From Deltaproteobacteria bacterium (GTDB lineage Bacteria; SAR324; NAC60-12), in contig JAYOTF010000033.1 in assembly GCA_038150265.1 (NCBI GenBank), forward strand, positions 587 to 38,549: a stretch of DNA of 37,963 nucleotides. The letters run 5' to 3'. Positions 17,099 to 26,255 of this stretch are shown here, piece after piece (within the stretch, counting starts at the first letter, position 1; each line of letters starts with the position of its first letter). Both the position numbers and the translations under genes were made by a program. Below the pieces are notes generated by a model that saw only the letters and a program-made list of their open reading frames with translations, ran no database searches and had not been told where the DNA came from.

Positions 17099-17833
17099 AT
17101 GAAGAGCGAAGTCATCTTTCAAGAGCGCGACCACCGCTGGATTGCGATGGGACGAGACCCCAGCAAGCCGGATTCCGTCATTGACACCAACGAGTTTGTC
17201 ATCACCCACGGAGACTCGGCACTGCTGCTGGATCCGGGAGGCGTCAAGATCTTCCCGAAGGTGCTCGCTGAACTGACCCGGTACCTGCCGCCTCAGGCGA
17301 TTCAGACCATTGGCCTGAGTCACCAGGATCCGGATATCGGCTCCGCGCTGGCGCTGTGGCTGGACCTGTGTCCGGACGCAGAGGTGTACTGCTCGTGGCT
17401 CTGGACCGGGTTCATCACCCACTTCGGAATGGATGCCGACATCAAGCTGCTGCCCATTCCGGATGAAGGGGGAAGCCTTCCTCTGGGGAGCACCAGCATT
17501 CAGGCCATTCCTGCCCACTACTGCCACGCCTCTGGCAACTTTTCCTTCTACGATGACCTGTCGGGGATTCTCTTTTCCGGAGACATTGGGGCGGCGCTGC
17601 TGCCAGATGCCGGGGCCGGCATGATGGTGGAAGACTTTCAGCAGCATGTGCGCTTCATGGAAGGCTTCCACAAGCGCTGGATGCCCTCCACTTCTGCCCT
17701 GCGCGCCTGGGTGGACCGGGTCCGGGCCCTCAACCCGCAGATGATCTGCCCGCAGCACGGGGCCATCTTTCAGGGAGACGACGTCCCTCGCTTCCTGGAC
17801 TGGCTGGAAAGCCTTGAGGTGGGCGTGTGGTGA
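17099..17833 (+). CDS. ODP-type oxygen-binding di-iron protein (MBL fold, flavodiiron-like domain without flavodoxin)
   Basis: IDTNEF, LLDPGG, SHQDPD, PAHYCH, LFSGDIG, GFHKRWMP and PQHG; 244 aa; 19 nt downstream of a chemoreceptor gene. Confidence 0.85.
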   Translation: MKSEVIFQERDHRWIAMGRDPSKPDSVIDTNEFVITHGDSALLLDPGGVKIFPKVLAELTRYLPPQAIQTIGLSHQDPDIGSALALWLDLCPDAEVYCSWLWTGFITHFGMDADIKLLPIPDEGGSLPLGSTSIQAIPAHYCHASGNFSFYDDLSGILFSGDIGAALLPDAGAGMMVEDFQQHVRFMEGFHKRWMPSTSALRAWVDRVRALNPQMICPQHGAIFQGDDVPRFLDWLESLEVGVW

Positions 17834-17834
17834 G

Positions 17835-17930
17835 TCAGGCGGCTCCGGAGTCGGTCTCTTCCGGCTCCGCTTCTGCCTCCTGGGTTTCCATTTCCTGGAG
17901 CAATTCTTCCAGCTCGGTGGGATTGAACAT
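17835..17930 (-). CDS. Candidate 31-aa highly acidic small protein
   Basis: MFNPTELEELLQEMETQEAEAEPEETDSGAA*. A GAGGAA SD overlaps the upstream TGA, and the ORF fills the gap up to the convergent ODP stop. Confidence 0.5.
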   Translation of the reverse strand: MFNPTELEELLQEMETQEAEAEPEETDSGAA

Positions 17931-17937
17931 GAGTTCC

Positions 17938-18276
17938 TCAGTCTTCAAGTAACAATTCGGCTCGTTCCAGATTGACGAGCATGATCACTTCCTCATCCTT
18001 GATCCGCTCCGGATGCTTCACCGTCAGCGGTTGCCCCTCCAGGGTAAAGAGCCCGGCTTCGCCATCTTCGCAGGTGGCCTCCCGGAACTCAAACGTCCGC
18101 AGGTCGATTTCGCCCTTCTGGTACTGAGACCGGAGGCGCTCCAGGTCCTGCGGCTGGCGGATGGGGAATCGGAAAAAAGCGTTGCGGCATTCGGTTTCAA
18201 TGTGAATGGGCTGCTTGCCGTGAAAGGCTTCGCTGAGAATCAGCAAAGGGCCTGTGATGATAACGGAACGTGCCAT
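17938..18276 (-). CDS. Hypothetical protein (112 aa)
   Basis: MARSVIITGPLLILSEAFHG...; natural composition, and it fills the gap after the EamA gene. ATG 18276 avoids an overlap. No family recognised. Confidence 0.65.
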   Translation of the reverse strand: MARSVIITGPLLILSEAFHGKQPIHIETECRNAFFRFPIRQPQDLERLRSQYQKGEIDLRTFEFREATCEDGEAGLFTLEGQPLTVKHPERIKDEEVIMLVNLERAELLLED

Positions 18277-18289
18277 GACGACAACTCTT

Positions 18290-19219
18290 TCAGGTTGAGG
18301 GGCGGGTTTCGTTTTCCAGAACCTCCGGAGGCGGAGCACCAGGGGGACGTCGGGTCACCAAACGCAGAACCGCCAAGCCACTCGAAATGATCACCGCTGC
18401 CCCCAGCAACGTCATGGGGTCGGGCCAATCTCCCCAAATCAGGTACCCCAGCAGCATTCCCCAGAGCAGTTGGCTGTACTGAAACCCTCCCAACAAGGAG
18501 GCCTGGGCCAAGCGGTAGGCAAAGGTGATGCTAAAGATCGCGCCTATAGAAAGCAAGGCCGCAATGAGGTTCCACGGCAACAGCTCTGGCAGGAAAGGGT
18601 TACTTTGGTAGGCCGTCAGGGTTCCGGTCACCGCCACCCCGACGGCCAGACTTCCCAGCACCAGCACAAACGGTGACTCTCCAGACATCCTCCGGACCAG
18701 CAGGTTGCTTGTGGAGTGGGCCACGGCCACCGTCACCGCTCCCAGCGCCGCCAGGCTCAGGCCATCGGCTCCGGGACGCAGGCTCAGGATGACGCCGACA
18801 AACCCCAGGGCCACCCAGCCCCACACCTGCCGCGGAAACGTCTCCTTGAGCCAGATCCGTGACAGCGCCACCGTAATGAAAGGCGCAATGAAGAACAGCG
18901 TGTACGCCTGGGCCAGCGGCAGCTCTGAAAACGCGTAAACGGCCCCAAAGGCTCCGGAAAGCCCCACCAGCCCACGAACCAGGTGCAGTCCCACCCGACG
19001 CGTCCGCAGCTCCGAAAACCGACGTGTGGCCCCACAGACCAGCAGGGTGAAGCTGGCCATCAGGCTGGCATTGATGAAGATGATCTGGTGGACCGGGTAG
19101 TGCGGAGTGAGAAACTTGAGGGCGGCATCTCCGGAACTGAACAGCAGGTAGGCCAACAGGGAAAGGGCAATTCCGGAAAGGTCCGGATTCGCCCGAAAGT
19201 TCAACCGCGCAGGGCGCAT
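18290..19219 (-). CDS. DMT/EamA-family transporter
   Basis: About 10 TM helices; LRTRRVGLHLVRG, LPLAQAYTLFFIAPF, GFVGVILSLRPG, FQYSQLLW...WGDWP. Confidence 0.92.
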   Translation of the reverse strand: MRPARLNFRANPDLSGIALSLLAYLLFSSGDAALKFLTPHYPVHQIIFINASLMASFTLLVCGATRRFSELRTRRVGLHLVRGLVGLSGAFGAVYAFSELPLAQAYTLFFIAPFITVALSRIWLKETFPRQVWGWVALGFVGVILSLRPGADGLSLAALGAVTVAVAHSTSNLLVRRMSGESPFVLVLGSLAVGVAVTGTLTAYQSNPFLPELLPWNLIAALLSIGAIFSITFAYRLAQASLLGGFQYSQLLWGMLLGYLIWGDWPDPMTLLGAAVIISSGLAVLRLVTRRPPGAPPPEVLENETRPST

Positions 19220-19230
19220 ACAAAAGGCTC

Positions 19231-19260
19231 AAAAAAAGGACGAACCCGGATCAAGCGTCC
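19231..19260 (-). terminator. Candidate intrinsic terminator after the quinone oxidoreductase gene
   Basis: Minus strand GGACG-CTTGATCCGGGTT-CGTCC followed by TTTTTTT. Confidence 0.5.
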
Positions 19261-19283
19261 GGAAAGGGTGATGGGGTGCCCCC

Positions 19284-20279
19284 TCAGGAGCGCAGCAGGA
19301 GCTTCCCGATGTGCTGGCTGGATTCCAGCACCTCGTGCGCTCGGGCCGCCTCTTCAAGCGCAAACACCTCATGAATGATGGGGCGGAGGGTGCCCTGAGC
19401 CAGCAGGGGCCAGACGTGCGCTTTCAGGGCCTCGGCGATTTCCGCCTTCTGCTCCACCGTTCGGGGGCGCAACGTGGAGCCGGTCAGCGTCACTCGCTTC
19501 CGGAGCAGGGGTGAAAAATCGACCTCGGCCTGGCTGCCCTGCAAAAACGCGATCAGCACCAGCCGTCCTTCCAGGGCCAGCAGGCGAATGTTCTTCGGCA
19601 GGTACGGACCCGCTACCATGTCGAGGATGACGTCCACCCCAGCGCCTTCGGTCAGGGCCAGGATTCGCTCCTCAAAGTCCTCCGTCTTGTAGTTGATGGC
19701 CTCATCAGCCCCCAGCTTCAGGCAGGCCTGGCGCTTCTCTTCGTTGCCGACCGTGGTGTAAACCGTGGCTCCAAACGCCTTTGCCAGCTGAATCGCGGTG
19801 GTCCCAATGCCACTGGAGCCGCCATGCACCAGAAAGCGCTCTCCGGCCTGAAGCCGTCCCCGATCGAAGACATTGGTCCAGACCGTGAAAAAGGTTTCGG
19901 GCAAACCGGCGGCTTCCTCCAGGCTCATTCCCTCTGGAACCGGAAGGCACAGCGGCGCGGAAGCCACACAGTATTCGCTGTAACCGCCACTGTGCACCAG
20001 CGCACACACCGACTGTCCCCGCAGCGCCTCCGGAGCCCCCGGACCCAGCGCCACCACCGTTCCGGACACTTCCAGCCCCGGGACGTCACTGGCTCCCGGA
20101 GGAGGCGGATACGCGCCCTGACGCTGCAGGGCATCCGGACGATTGACGCCTGCAAATGCCACCTGGATCAGGACCTCGTTTGCTCCGGGAACCGGAACCG
20201 CCATGCGACGCGGCTCCAGCACTTCCGGCCCTCCGAACCCGTTGAGGTGGATGTAAGTCATGTCAGCAGGAAGGGGCAT
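19284..20279 (-). CDS. NAD(P)H-quinone oxidoreductase, PIG3 family (MDR)
   Basis: AGVNRPDALQRQGAYPPPPGAS, LPETFFTVWTN, HGGSSGIGTTAIQ, GSTLRPR, HIGK. Confidence 0.94.
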   Translation of the reverse strand: MPLPADMTYIHLNGFGGPEVLEPRRMAVPVPGANEVLIQVAFAGVNRPDALQRQGAYPPPPGASDVPGLEVSGTVVALGPGAPEALRGQSVCALVHSGGYSEYCVASAPLCLPVPEGMSLEEAAGLPETFFTVWTNVFDRGRLQAGERFLVHGGSSGIGTTAIQLAKAFGATVYTTVGNEEKRQACLKLGADEAINYKTEDFEERILALTEGAGVDVILDMVAGPYLPKNIRLLALEGRLVLIAFLQGSQAEVDFSPLLRKRVTLTGSTLRPRTVEQKAEIAEALKAHVWPLLAQGTLRPIIHEVFALEEAARAHEVLESSQHIGKLLLRS

Positions 20280-20282
20280 TGG

Positions 20283-21590
20283 CTATCTCCGAGTCTTGGG
20301 GTTGAAGATCCGGCGGCTGAGGCGGTCCATCTGCGTCAGCGCCAGGCCCATCATCATCAGGACGATGGTTTGCACCTCGCCATCGTGAAAGTTGTTCTCA
20401 AAGTTTGCGGCCGTCAGGTGCCCGACAAGGCCCGCCATGGTTCCCCAGAGGACGGCGTTCGAGAAGGTAAATCGCTCTGACCGGATGATCGCGCGGATGG
20501 CCCGGGCAAAGAACAGCAGCCAGATTGAGGCAAAGCTCACCAGCCCGATCAGTCCGTAGCTCAGCCAGGTCTGGAGGTACAGGTTGTGGAGCCCCACGCC
20601 CGGACCATTGAGAAAGCGGTGCCCTGCGGCTTCATAAGGCTTGCGGTACTCCGTCATCACCTCGGCATCTGCGTCAAAGCCAATGCCGAGCCAGTAGTGG
20701 TCCTGAATCGCATCCCAGCCTGATGCCCACATGTTGAGGCGGTCACGGTTTGCATCAGCTGAAAATCCGGAAGCCAGCCGCTGCTGCAGCGCTTCCAGGG
20801 CCGAGTTGCTTTCGTGAGCCTGCGAGGAGGCATTGGAGTACTGCGAGTAAAGCCCCCACACCAGCACGCTCCCGGCGAGCACGGCCAGTAGCGTGGTCCG
20901 GGGCAAGAGCCACAACCCCAGCACCACTGACGCCACCAGAGTCCCGAGCCACACGCTTCGGCCCATGGAGGAAATGATGCCCGCCAACACCGTCAGCGCG
21001 AGCAGCAACATGAGGAACCGGGCCGGTGGGCCCCATTCCTTGCAGAAGATCAACGCCACGGTCAGCGGGAAGCACACCACCAGGAAGCCCCCGAAGGTGA
21101 GGTGATGGGTGAAGTTCCCCTTTCCATGCCAGTAACCCGTGTCGCCATACGGCGTTGCGAGGCTGTTCTCCGGAAGCCGCAGCCAGTCCACGCCGGTAAA
21201 GAACTGCACCACGCCGTAGAGGCTGAAGAGGAAGAGGAAGAGAAAAAACCAGTGCAGCACGGTTTCCTCATGCCGCTCCCGGAAGATGGACATCAGGATG
21301 AACGGCAGCAGGAACCGCCAGTTGCTCTGCAACGCCATCACCAGGTCCGGATGATATGGGCTCATCAGGGTCGACACTTCCACCACAGCAACGTACCCCA
21401 GCATCACCCAGAGCAAGGAATCGCTCATCTCCGGCAGGTACCGTTTCCAGAGGTGCGTCACCAGGCCGATCAGGTACAAGAAGGTGATGGACGCCTCTGA
21501 GGCCGCAATGCTGAAGGTGCTGGCGATGAAGAGGGTGTAGACGAAGAACCAGTTCCAGGAGATTGATTGGGTCAAGGCACTGAAGTTCAT
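20283..21590 (-). CDS. O-antigen ligase (WaaL/Wzy_C)-family membrane protein
   Basis: Multiple TM helices, SMGRSVWLG, RLNMW...WLGIG, HNLYLQ...GLIG. Start set at MNFSAL (21590), since the longer ORF overlaps gpsA. Confidence 0.85.
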   Translation of the reverse strand: MNFSALTQSISWNWFFVYTLFIASTFSIAASEASITFLYLIGLVTHLWKRYLPEMSDSLLWVMLGYVAVVEVSTLMSPYHPDLVMALQSNWRFLLPFILMSIFRERHEETVLHWFFLFLFLFSLYGVVQFFTGVDWLRLPENSLATPYGDTGYWHGKGNFTHHLTFGGFLVVCFPLTVALIFCKEWGPPARFLMLLLALTVLAGIISSMGRSVWLGTLVASVVLGLWLLPRTTLLAVLAGSVLVWGLYSQYSNASSQAHESNSALEALQQRLASGFSADANRDRLNMWASGWDAIQDHYWLGIGFDADAEVMTEYRKPYEAAGHRFLNGPGVGLHNLYLQTWLSYGLIGLVSFASIWLLFFARAIRAIIRSERFTFSNAVLWGTMAGLVGHLTAANFENNFHDGEVQTIVLMMMGLALTQMDRLSRRIFNPKTRR

Positions 21591-21609
21591 GGAACCGTTC
21601 GGATAGGAT

Positions 21610-22638
21610 TCATTCCCACGTTGGGACGTCTCGTTCAAGAAGGTGCTGAAGCGCCTCAGCGCACGGAAGGCCCTGGTGCACCACCTGGTCCACCGCCTCA
21701 CAAATCGGTAGCTCCACCTGGTGCCGTTGCGCCAGCTTCCGGAGCATGGCCGCATTCGCGGCGCCTTCCACGACCTTTCCACCAGCAGGCAGGCTGGCGT
21801 CCACCGCGTGTCCGGCTCCCAGCTGACGGCCAAATTCGTGGTTCCGGGAGAGGCTCCCCGTCGCCGTCAGGACCAGGTCTCCGAGTCCGGAGAGGCCGGC
21901 AAAAGTTTCTGGGTGACCGCCCATTGCCACCCCCAGGCGAGTCATCTCTGCCAGGCCTCGGCAGACCAACGCGGCCCGGGCGTTGAGTCCCAGCGCCATG
22001 CCATCCACAATGCCGGCGGCAATCGCGAGCACGTTCTTGACGGTGGCTCCGATCTGCACGCCAATGAGGTCCGGGCTCCGGTACAGGCGGAAGCGGTCGT
22101 CATGGAAAACCTGCTGCAGGCGGTCCTGCCGGGCGGGATCCTCACAAGCCAGCACCGCTGCCGTCGGGAGCTGCTGGGCCAACTCCAGCGCAAAGGTTGG
22201 GCCCGACAGCACCGCTGGATGCCGAAGCTGCGGCCACTCCTCGTGCAGCACCTGCGTCAGCAGCTTGAGCGAGCCGGCCTCCACCCCCTTGGACGCCAGC
22301 ACCACCTGATGGTCTGCTGTCACGCTTCCGGCCACCTGACGTGCCAGCGGGCGGACCACCTGGGAAGGCGTTGCCCAGACCAGCCGTTGGCTCATCGCCA
22401 GGACCGCTCCCAAATCCGAGGTCGCGTGGAGGTTCGAAGGAAGGGGGATTCCGGGGAGGAAGAAACGGTTCTCGCGGGTTTCCTGGATCGCCGCAACGGT
22501 CTCAGGCTCATGGGCCCAAAGCTGCACCGCGTGCCCCTTGCGTGCCAGTTGAAGCGCCAGGGCGGTTCCCCAGGCTCCGGCTCCAATTACTCCAATCGGG
22601 TGGGTCACGCTGCTGCTCTCACGGTTCTCTTGGTCCAA
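21610..22638 (-). CDS. gpsA: NAD(P)H-dependent glycerol-3-phosphate dehydrogenase
   Basis: GAGAWGTALA, ASKGVE, LSGPTFA, KNVLAIAAG, GLGDLVLT...SRN. The start may be GTG 22608. Confidence 0.95.
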   Translation of the reverse strand: MDQENRESSSVTHPIGVIGAGAWGTALALQLARKGHAVQLWAHEPETVAAIQETRENRFFLPGIPLPSNLHATSDLGAVLAMSQRLVWATPSQVVRPLARQVAGSVTADHQVVLASKGVEAGSLKLLTQVLHEEWPQLRHPAVLSGPTFALELAQQLPTAAVLACEDPARQDRLQQVFHDDRFRLYRSPDLIGVQIGATVKNVLAIAAGIVDGMALGLNARAALVCRGLAEMTRLGVAMGGHPETFAGLSGLGDLVLTATGSLSRNHEFGRQLGAGHAVDASLPAGGKVVEGAANAAMLRKLAQRHQVELPICEAVDQVVHQGLPCAEALQHLLERDVPTWE

Positions 22639-22695
22639 GCTCCAAACCGACCATCCTAAGCCTTCTTGTTTTCAAGAGAAAGTCCGTTTTTTCCG

Positions 22696-23331
22696 TCAGT
22701 CCCTGGATTTTTCCGGCCACTCGCACTGGCGGAAGATGGGGCACTGTCCGCACTTGGGGGTCCGGGCCATGCACGTGTAGCGTCCATGCAGAATGAGCAG
22801 GTGGTGAGCATCTTGAAGAAACTTTCGGGGCACCACCTGCAGCAGGCGGTCTTCCACCTCCCGGACGTCTTTGCCCGGAGCCAGCCCTGTCCGGTTCGAG
22901 ACCCGGAAGATGTGGGTATCCACCGCAATGGTCGGGTGCCCAAAGGCGGTATTCAGCAAGACGTTTGCGGTCTTCCGTCCCACTCCAGGCAACGCCTCCA
23001 GGGCCTCTCGCGAGTCCGGGACCTCTCCCTGATGCTCGCTGACCAGCAGGCCACAGGTCTTCACCACGTTGCGGGCCTTGGTGGGCGCCAGCCCAATGCT
23101 CTTGATGAAGGACAGCACCGTCGCCTCTCCCGCCTGGTGCAGGGAAGCCGGGTCCGGGTAGGCCTGAAAGAGCGCAGGCGTGACACGGTTCACCGACTTG
23201 TCAGTGGCCTGGGCACTGAGGATGACGGCAATCAGCAACTCAAAGGGGTTGCGGTACTGCAGCTCGGTCGTCGGATGGGGAATGGCGGCACTGAGCTTGG
23301 TGAAGAGGGTCCGGACGGTGGCAGGCTTCAT
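22696..23331 (-). CDS. nth: Endonuclease III
   Basis: LSAQATD, HhH LPGVGRKTANV, AVDTH and the FeS motif CMARTPKCGQCPIFRQC. Confidence 0.97.
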   Translation of the reverse strand: MKPATVRTLFTKLSAAIPHPTTELQYRNPFELLIAVILSAQATDKSVNRVTPALFQAYPDPASLHQAGEATVLSFIKSIGLAPTKARNVVKTCGLLVSEHQGEVPDSREALEALPGVGRKTANVLLNTAFGHPTIAVDTHIFRVSNRTGLAPGKDVREVEDRLLQVVPRKFLQDAHHLLILHGRYTCMARTPKCGQCPIFRQCEWPEKSRD

Positions 23332-23334
23332 GGC

Positions 23335-24297
23335 TCAGAGTTCCTGATACAGCACCGACGCGCCCCCTCGGTTGGAGATCATCCGGCTCGCCAGTTCCTG
23401 ATCGAGGTAAAGCACACTGATTTGGGAGTTCTGCCCATCGGCATTGACCTGCAGCACCACGGAGCCCCCGCCGTACATGCGCAGCAACTGGGCGCCCGGA
23501 CGTCCACTCGTCTGTGCCATCTCCTGAAGCGAAAGCCCCTGACTGAAGCCGTACTTCGATTCCAGGGTCCGGTCGATGTCCTTGAGGCGCTCTTCCGAAA
23601 ACAGCCCCATGCGCAGATCAATGCGCTGAAGCTGCTGGTCCATGCGACTGAAGCTGAGGACCATGTCGCGCCGGATGCCGCCAACGCGGTAGCAGCGATC
23701 GGCATAGAAATCGAGCGCCTCTCGGAAGTAGGTGTCGCACACCCGCTTGAGGATCACCCCGATCTCATCTCGGCTCATCCCGAAGTTCAGGTCCTGGTAC
23801 CCGCCCGTTCCGGTGCCTCCCTTGGCGGGTGGCGGCGCCTGCCGGACCTCGGTCAGGCGATCCATCTGTTGCTTCAGGGCCACGGTTCCGGCACGGAGGC
23901 TGAGCTGGTAGACGTTCTGATCAGGCAGAAACGCGTACTTCAGGATCAGCCTGGGCTGAAACCAGCCTTCCTCCGGATCCGCCTCCAGGCGTCCGCTGCG
24001 GACGGTGTAGAGCGAGCGGCTCTCCGTCAGGGGCAGCTCAAAGGTGAAGTCCCCCCGGTCCTCCTGCAGGTCGGCTTCCCGGTCTTGCAGCACACACGAC
24101 TCCAGGGCGCCGGTGGGCAGGTTCGTTTTCAGGTGCACGCGGCTCTGGAGGTCCGTCAGGGTCACCTCAACCGCATTCAGGTAACACGGCAGCGGTTCAT
24201 GGTGCGGCTGAACCGTGTAGTAGCTGGTGGCCGCGGGTTCTGCAGACAGCCCCCCTGTGCTCAGCAACAGGAGCACGGCCCAAGACCACTTCTTCAT
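23335..24297 (-). CDS. Exported hypothetical protein
   Basis: Signal peptide MKKWSWAVLLLLSTGGLSA; 320 aa; ends 3 nt before nth. No family confidently recognised. Confidence 0.7.
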   Translation of the reverse strand: MKKWSWAVLLLLSTGGLSAEPAATSYYTVQPHHEPLPCYLNAVEVTLTDLQSRVHLKTNLPTGALESCVLQDREADLQEDRGDFTFELPLTESRSLYTVRSGRLEADPEEGWFQPRLILKYAFLPDQNVYQLSLRAGTVALKQQMDRLTEVRQAPPPAKGGTGTGGYQDLNFGMSRDEIGVILKRVCDTYFREALDFYADRCYRVGGIRRDMVLSFSRMDQQLQRIDLRMGLFSEERLKDIDRTLESKYGFSQGLSLQEMAQTSGRPGAQLLRMYGGGSVVLQVNADGQNSQISVLYLDQELASRMISNRGGASVLYQEL

Positions 24298-24510
24298 TTC
24301 CACTCTCATTAGGTTGCATTCTGGTGACGTTCCCTTGGGGAAACGGAAGAGGACATTCAAAAAGCGTGAAAACCCGAGGAACTGCCCGGGATCCGACTCG
24401 AATCAAGGCCCTCTGAGCCCCCTCTCCGGAATTGGTGCTTGCAAAATCAGGCAACCTCTTGAAGATATTTGGTTGTCTCTTTCACAACGCGTCCCAACCA
24501 ATCTGCGATC

Positions 24511-25467
24511 ATGATTCGAGTCAATCAATTAAGCAAACGCTTTGGCCTATTCCAAGCGGTGAATGCCCTCTCCTTCGAGGTGGGGGCCAATGAGATCCTC
24601 GGATTTCTCGGTCCCAACGGTGCCGGGAAGTCCACCACCATGAAGATGCTCACCTGCTTCCTCCCTCCCACTTCCGGAGACGCGGAGGTCTGCGGACACA
24701 GCATCTTGACCGAGCCCCTCCAGGTTCGGCAACAACTCGGCTACCTGCCAGAAAGCGCCCCCTCGTATGGCGAGATGCTGGTTCAGGAGTTCCTTGGCTT
24801 CATTGCAGAAGTCCGGGGCTTCCAGGGCGCCGACCGAGACCGGCAGGTCGACCGTGTGCTGGACCTGACGTCTCTTCAGGACGTCCGGACCCAGATGATC
24901 GAAACGCTCTCCAAGGGCTATCGACAGCGGACCTGCCTGGCGCAGGCCCTCATTCATGATCCTCCGGTCCTCATTCTCGACGAGCCGACGGACGGGCTGG
25001 ATCCGAACCAGAAGCATGAGGTCCGGACGCTCATCCAGCGCATGAGCCAGGAGCGAACGGCCCGTGGAGAAGCCCGGACCGTCCTGGTGTCCACCCACAT
25101 CCTGGAAGAGGTGGAGGCGGTTTGCACCCGTGCCCTGATCATTGCCCAGGGGCAGATCGTGGGCTACGGCACGCCAGAAGAGCTGCTGGCCCAGGCCCCG
25201 AACCACAATGCGCTGGTCCTGAGCATCAAGAGCACTGACACGCATGACCTGACCTTTGCGCTGGCGCGCCTGGACTCGGTCAGCCGTGTGGAATCACTCC
25301 CTGGCCGGGAGGCGGATGAAAGCCGGATGCGGCTGATTCCGGAAGCCGGAAAGATCATCACGACCGAGGTCCAGCAAGTCCTCGCCGCCCAGCAAGCTTC
25401 GGTATCTGAGTTTACCATCGAACGTGGTCGGCTTGATGAAGTGTTCCGAACCCTCACCACCCACTAA
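24511..25467 (+). CDS. ABC transporter ATP-binding protein, GldA-like
   Basis: Walker A GPNGAGKST, signature LSKGYRQR, Walker B ILDEPTDGLDPNQ, STHILEEV. Confidence 0.93.
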   Translation: MIRVNQLSKRFGLFQAVNALSFEVGANEILGFLGPNGAGKSTTMKMLTCFLPPTSGDAEVCGHSILTEPLQVRQQLGYLPESAPSYGEMLVQEFLGFIAEVRGFQGADRDRQVDRVLDLTSLQDVRTQMIETLSKGYRQRTCLAQALIHDPPVLILDEPTDGLDPNQKHEVRTLIQRMSQERTARGEARTVLVSTHILEEVEAVCTRALIIAQGQIVGYGTPEELLAQAPNHNALVLSIKSTDTHDLTFALARLDSVSRVESLPGREADESRMRLIPEAGKIITTEVQQVLAAQQASVSEFTIERGRLDEVFRTLTTH

Positions 25468-25470
25468 GCC

Positions 25471-26202
25471 ATGAATGGATTGAGCCCCCTCTTCAAGCGT
25501 GAGCTGTTTGCCTACTTCCGCTCACCGGTCGCATACGTGTTCATCATCATCTTCCTGGTCGCCAACGCCGGGTGCACCTTCTTGCTCGGGAACTTTTACG
25601 AGTCCCAACAGGCCAGCCTGGAGATCTTCTTCATGTTCCACCCCTGGCTGTACCTGTTCCTCATCCCGGCCGTGGGCATGCGCCTGTGGGCCGAGGAGCG
25701 GCGGGCGGGGACCCATGAGCTGCTGCTGACCCTTCCGGTCCGTCTGGGCGTGAGCGTCCTCAGCAAGTTCCTGGCCGCCTGGGTGTTCATTGGCGTCGCC
25801 CTGCTGCTGACCTTCCCGATGATCCTCACCGTCCAGTACCTGGGTGACCCCGACACCGGCCCAATCATTGCCGGGTACTTCGGAAGCTTCCTGATGGCCG
25901 GCGCCTACCTCGCCATCACCAGCTTCACCTCTGCCCTCACCAAGAATCAGGTCATCAGCTTCATCCTCAGCGTGGTGATCTGCCTGGTGCTGGTGCTGCT
26001 GGGCTGGGGCGTCTTCTCCAATGCTCTGAATGCGATCTTCCCCGTCTGGCTGACCGATGCCCTGGCGCAGTTCAGCTTTGCCGCCCACTTTGAAGCCATC
26101 CGGCGTGGAGTGATCGACCTGAGGGATTTTGTCTACTTCACCTCCGTGATCGGCTTCATGCTGCTGATCAACGTGGTCGTCCTTGACTCCCAGAGCCGCT
26201 GA
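25471..26202 (+). CDS. ABC-2 permease, GldF-like
   Basis: KRELFAYFRSPVAY, HPWLYLFLIPAVGMRLWAEERRAGT, SALTKNQV, RGVIDLRD. Confidence 0.92.
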   Translation: MNGLSPLFKRELFAYFRSPVAYVFIIIFLVANAGCTFLLGNFYESQQASLEIFFMFHPWLYLFLIPAVGMRLWAEERRAGTHELLLTLPVRLGVSVLSKFLAAWVFIGVALLLTFPMILTVQYLGDPDTGPIIAGYFGSFLMAGAYLAITSFTSALTKNQVISFILSVVICLVLVLLGWGVFSNALNAIFPVWLTDALAQFSFAAHFEAIRRGVIDLRDFVYFTSVIGFMLLINVVVLDSQSR

Positions 26203-26255
26203 GGCCACGGAACGTGTTTTCTTGTGATTTGGAACCCTTACCCTGACACCTCGCC

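Noticed and set aside
21591..21833. N-terminal extension of the O-antigen ligase ORF (similar extensions on the DsbA, Nudix, ABC ATPase and ppa ORFs)
   Set aside because: The extensions overlap neighbouring genes or look non-coding; downstream ATGs fit the family N-termini better.
24383..24411. tRNA-like fragment (minus strand ...GATTCGAGTCGGATCCCGGGCA)
   Set aside because: The T-stem does not pair properly, there is no CCA, and no D or anticodon arm can be built.
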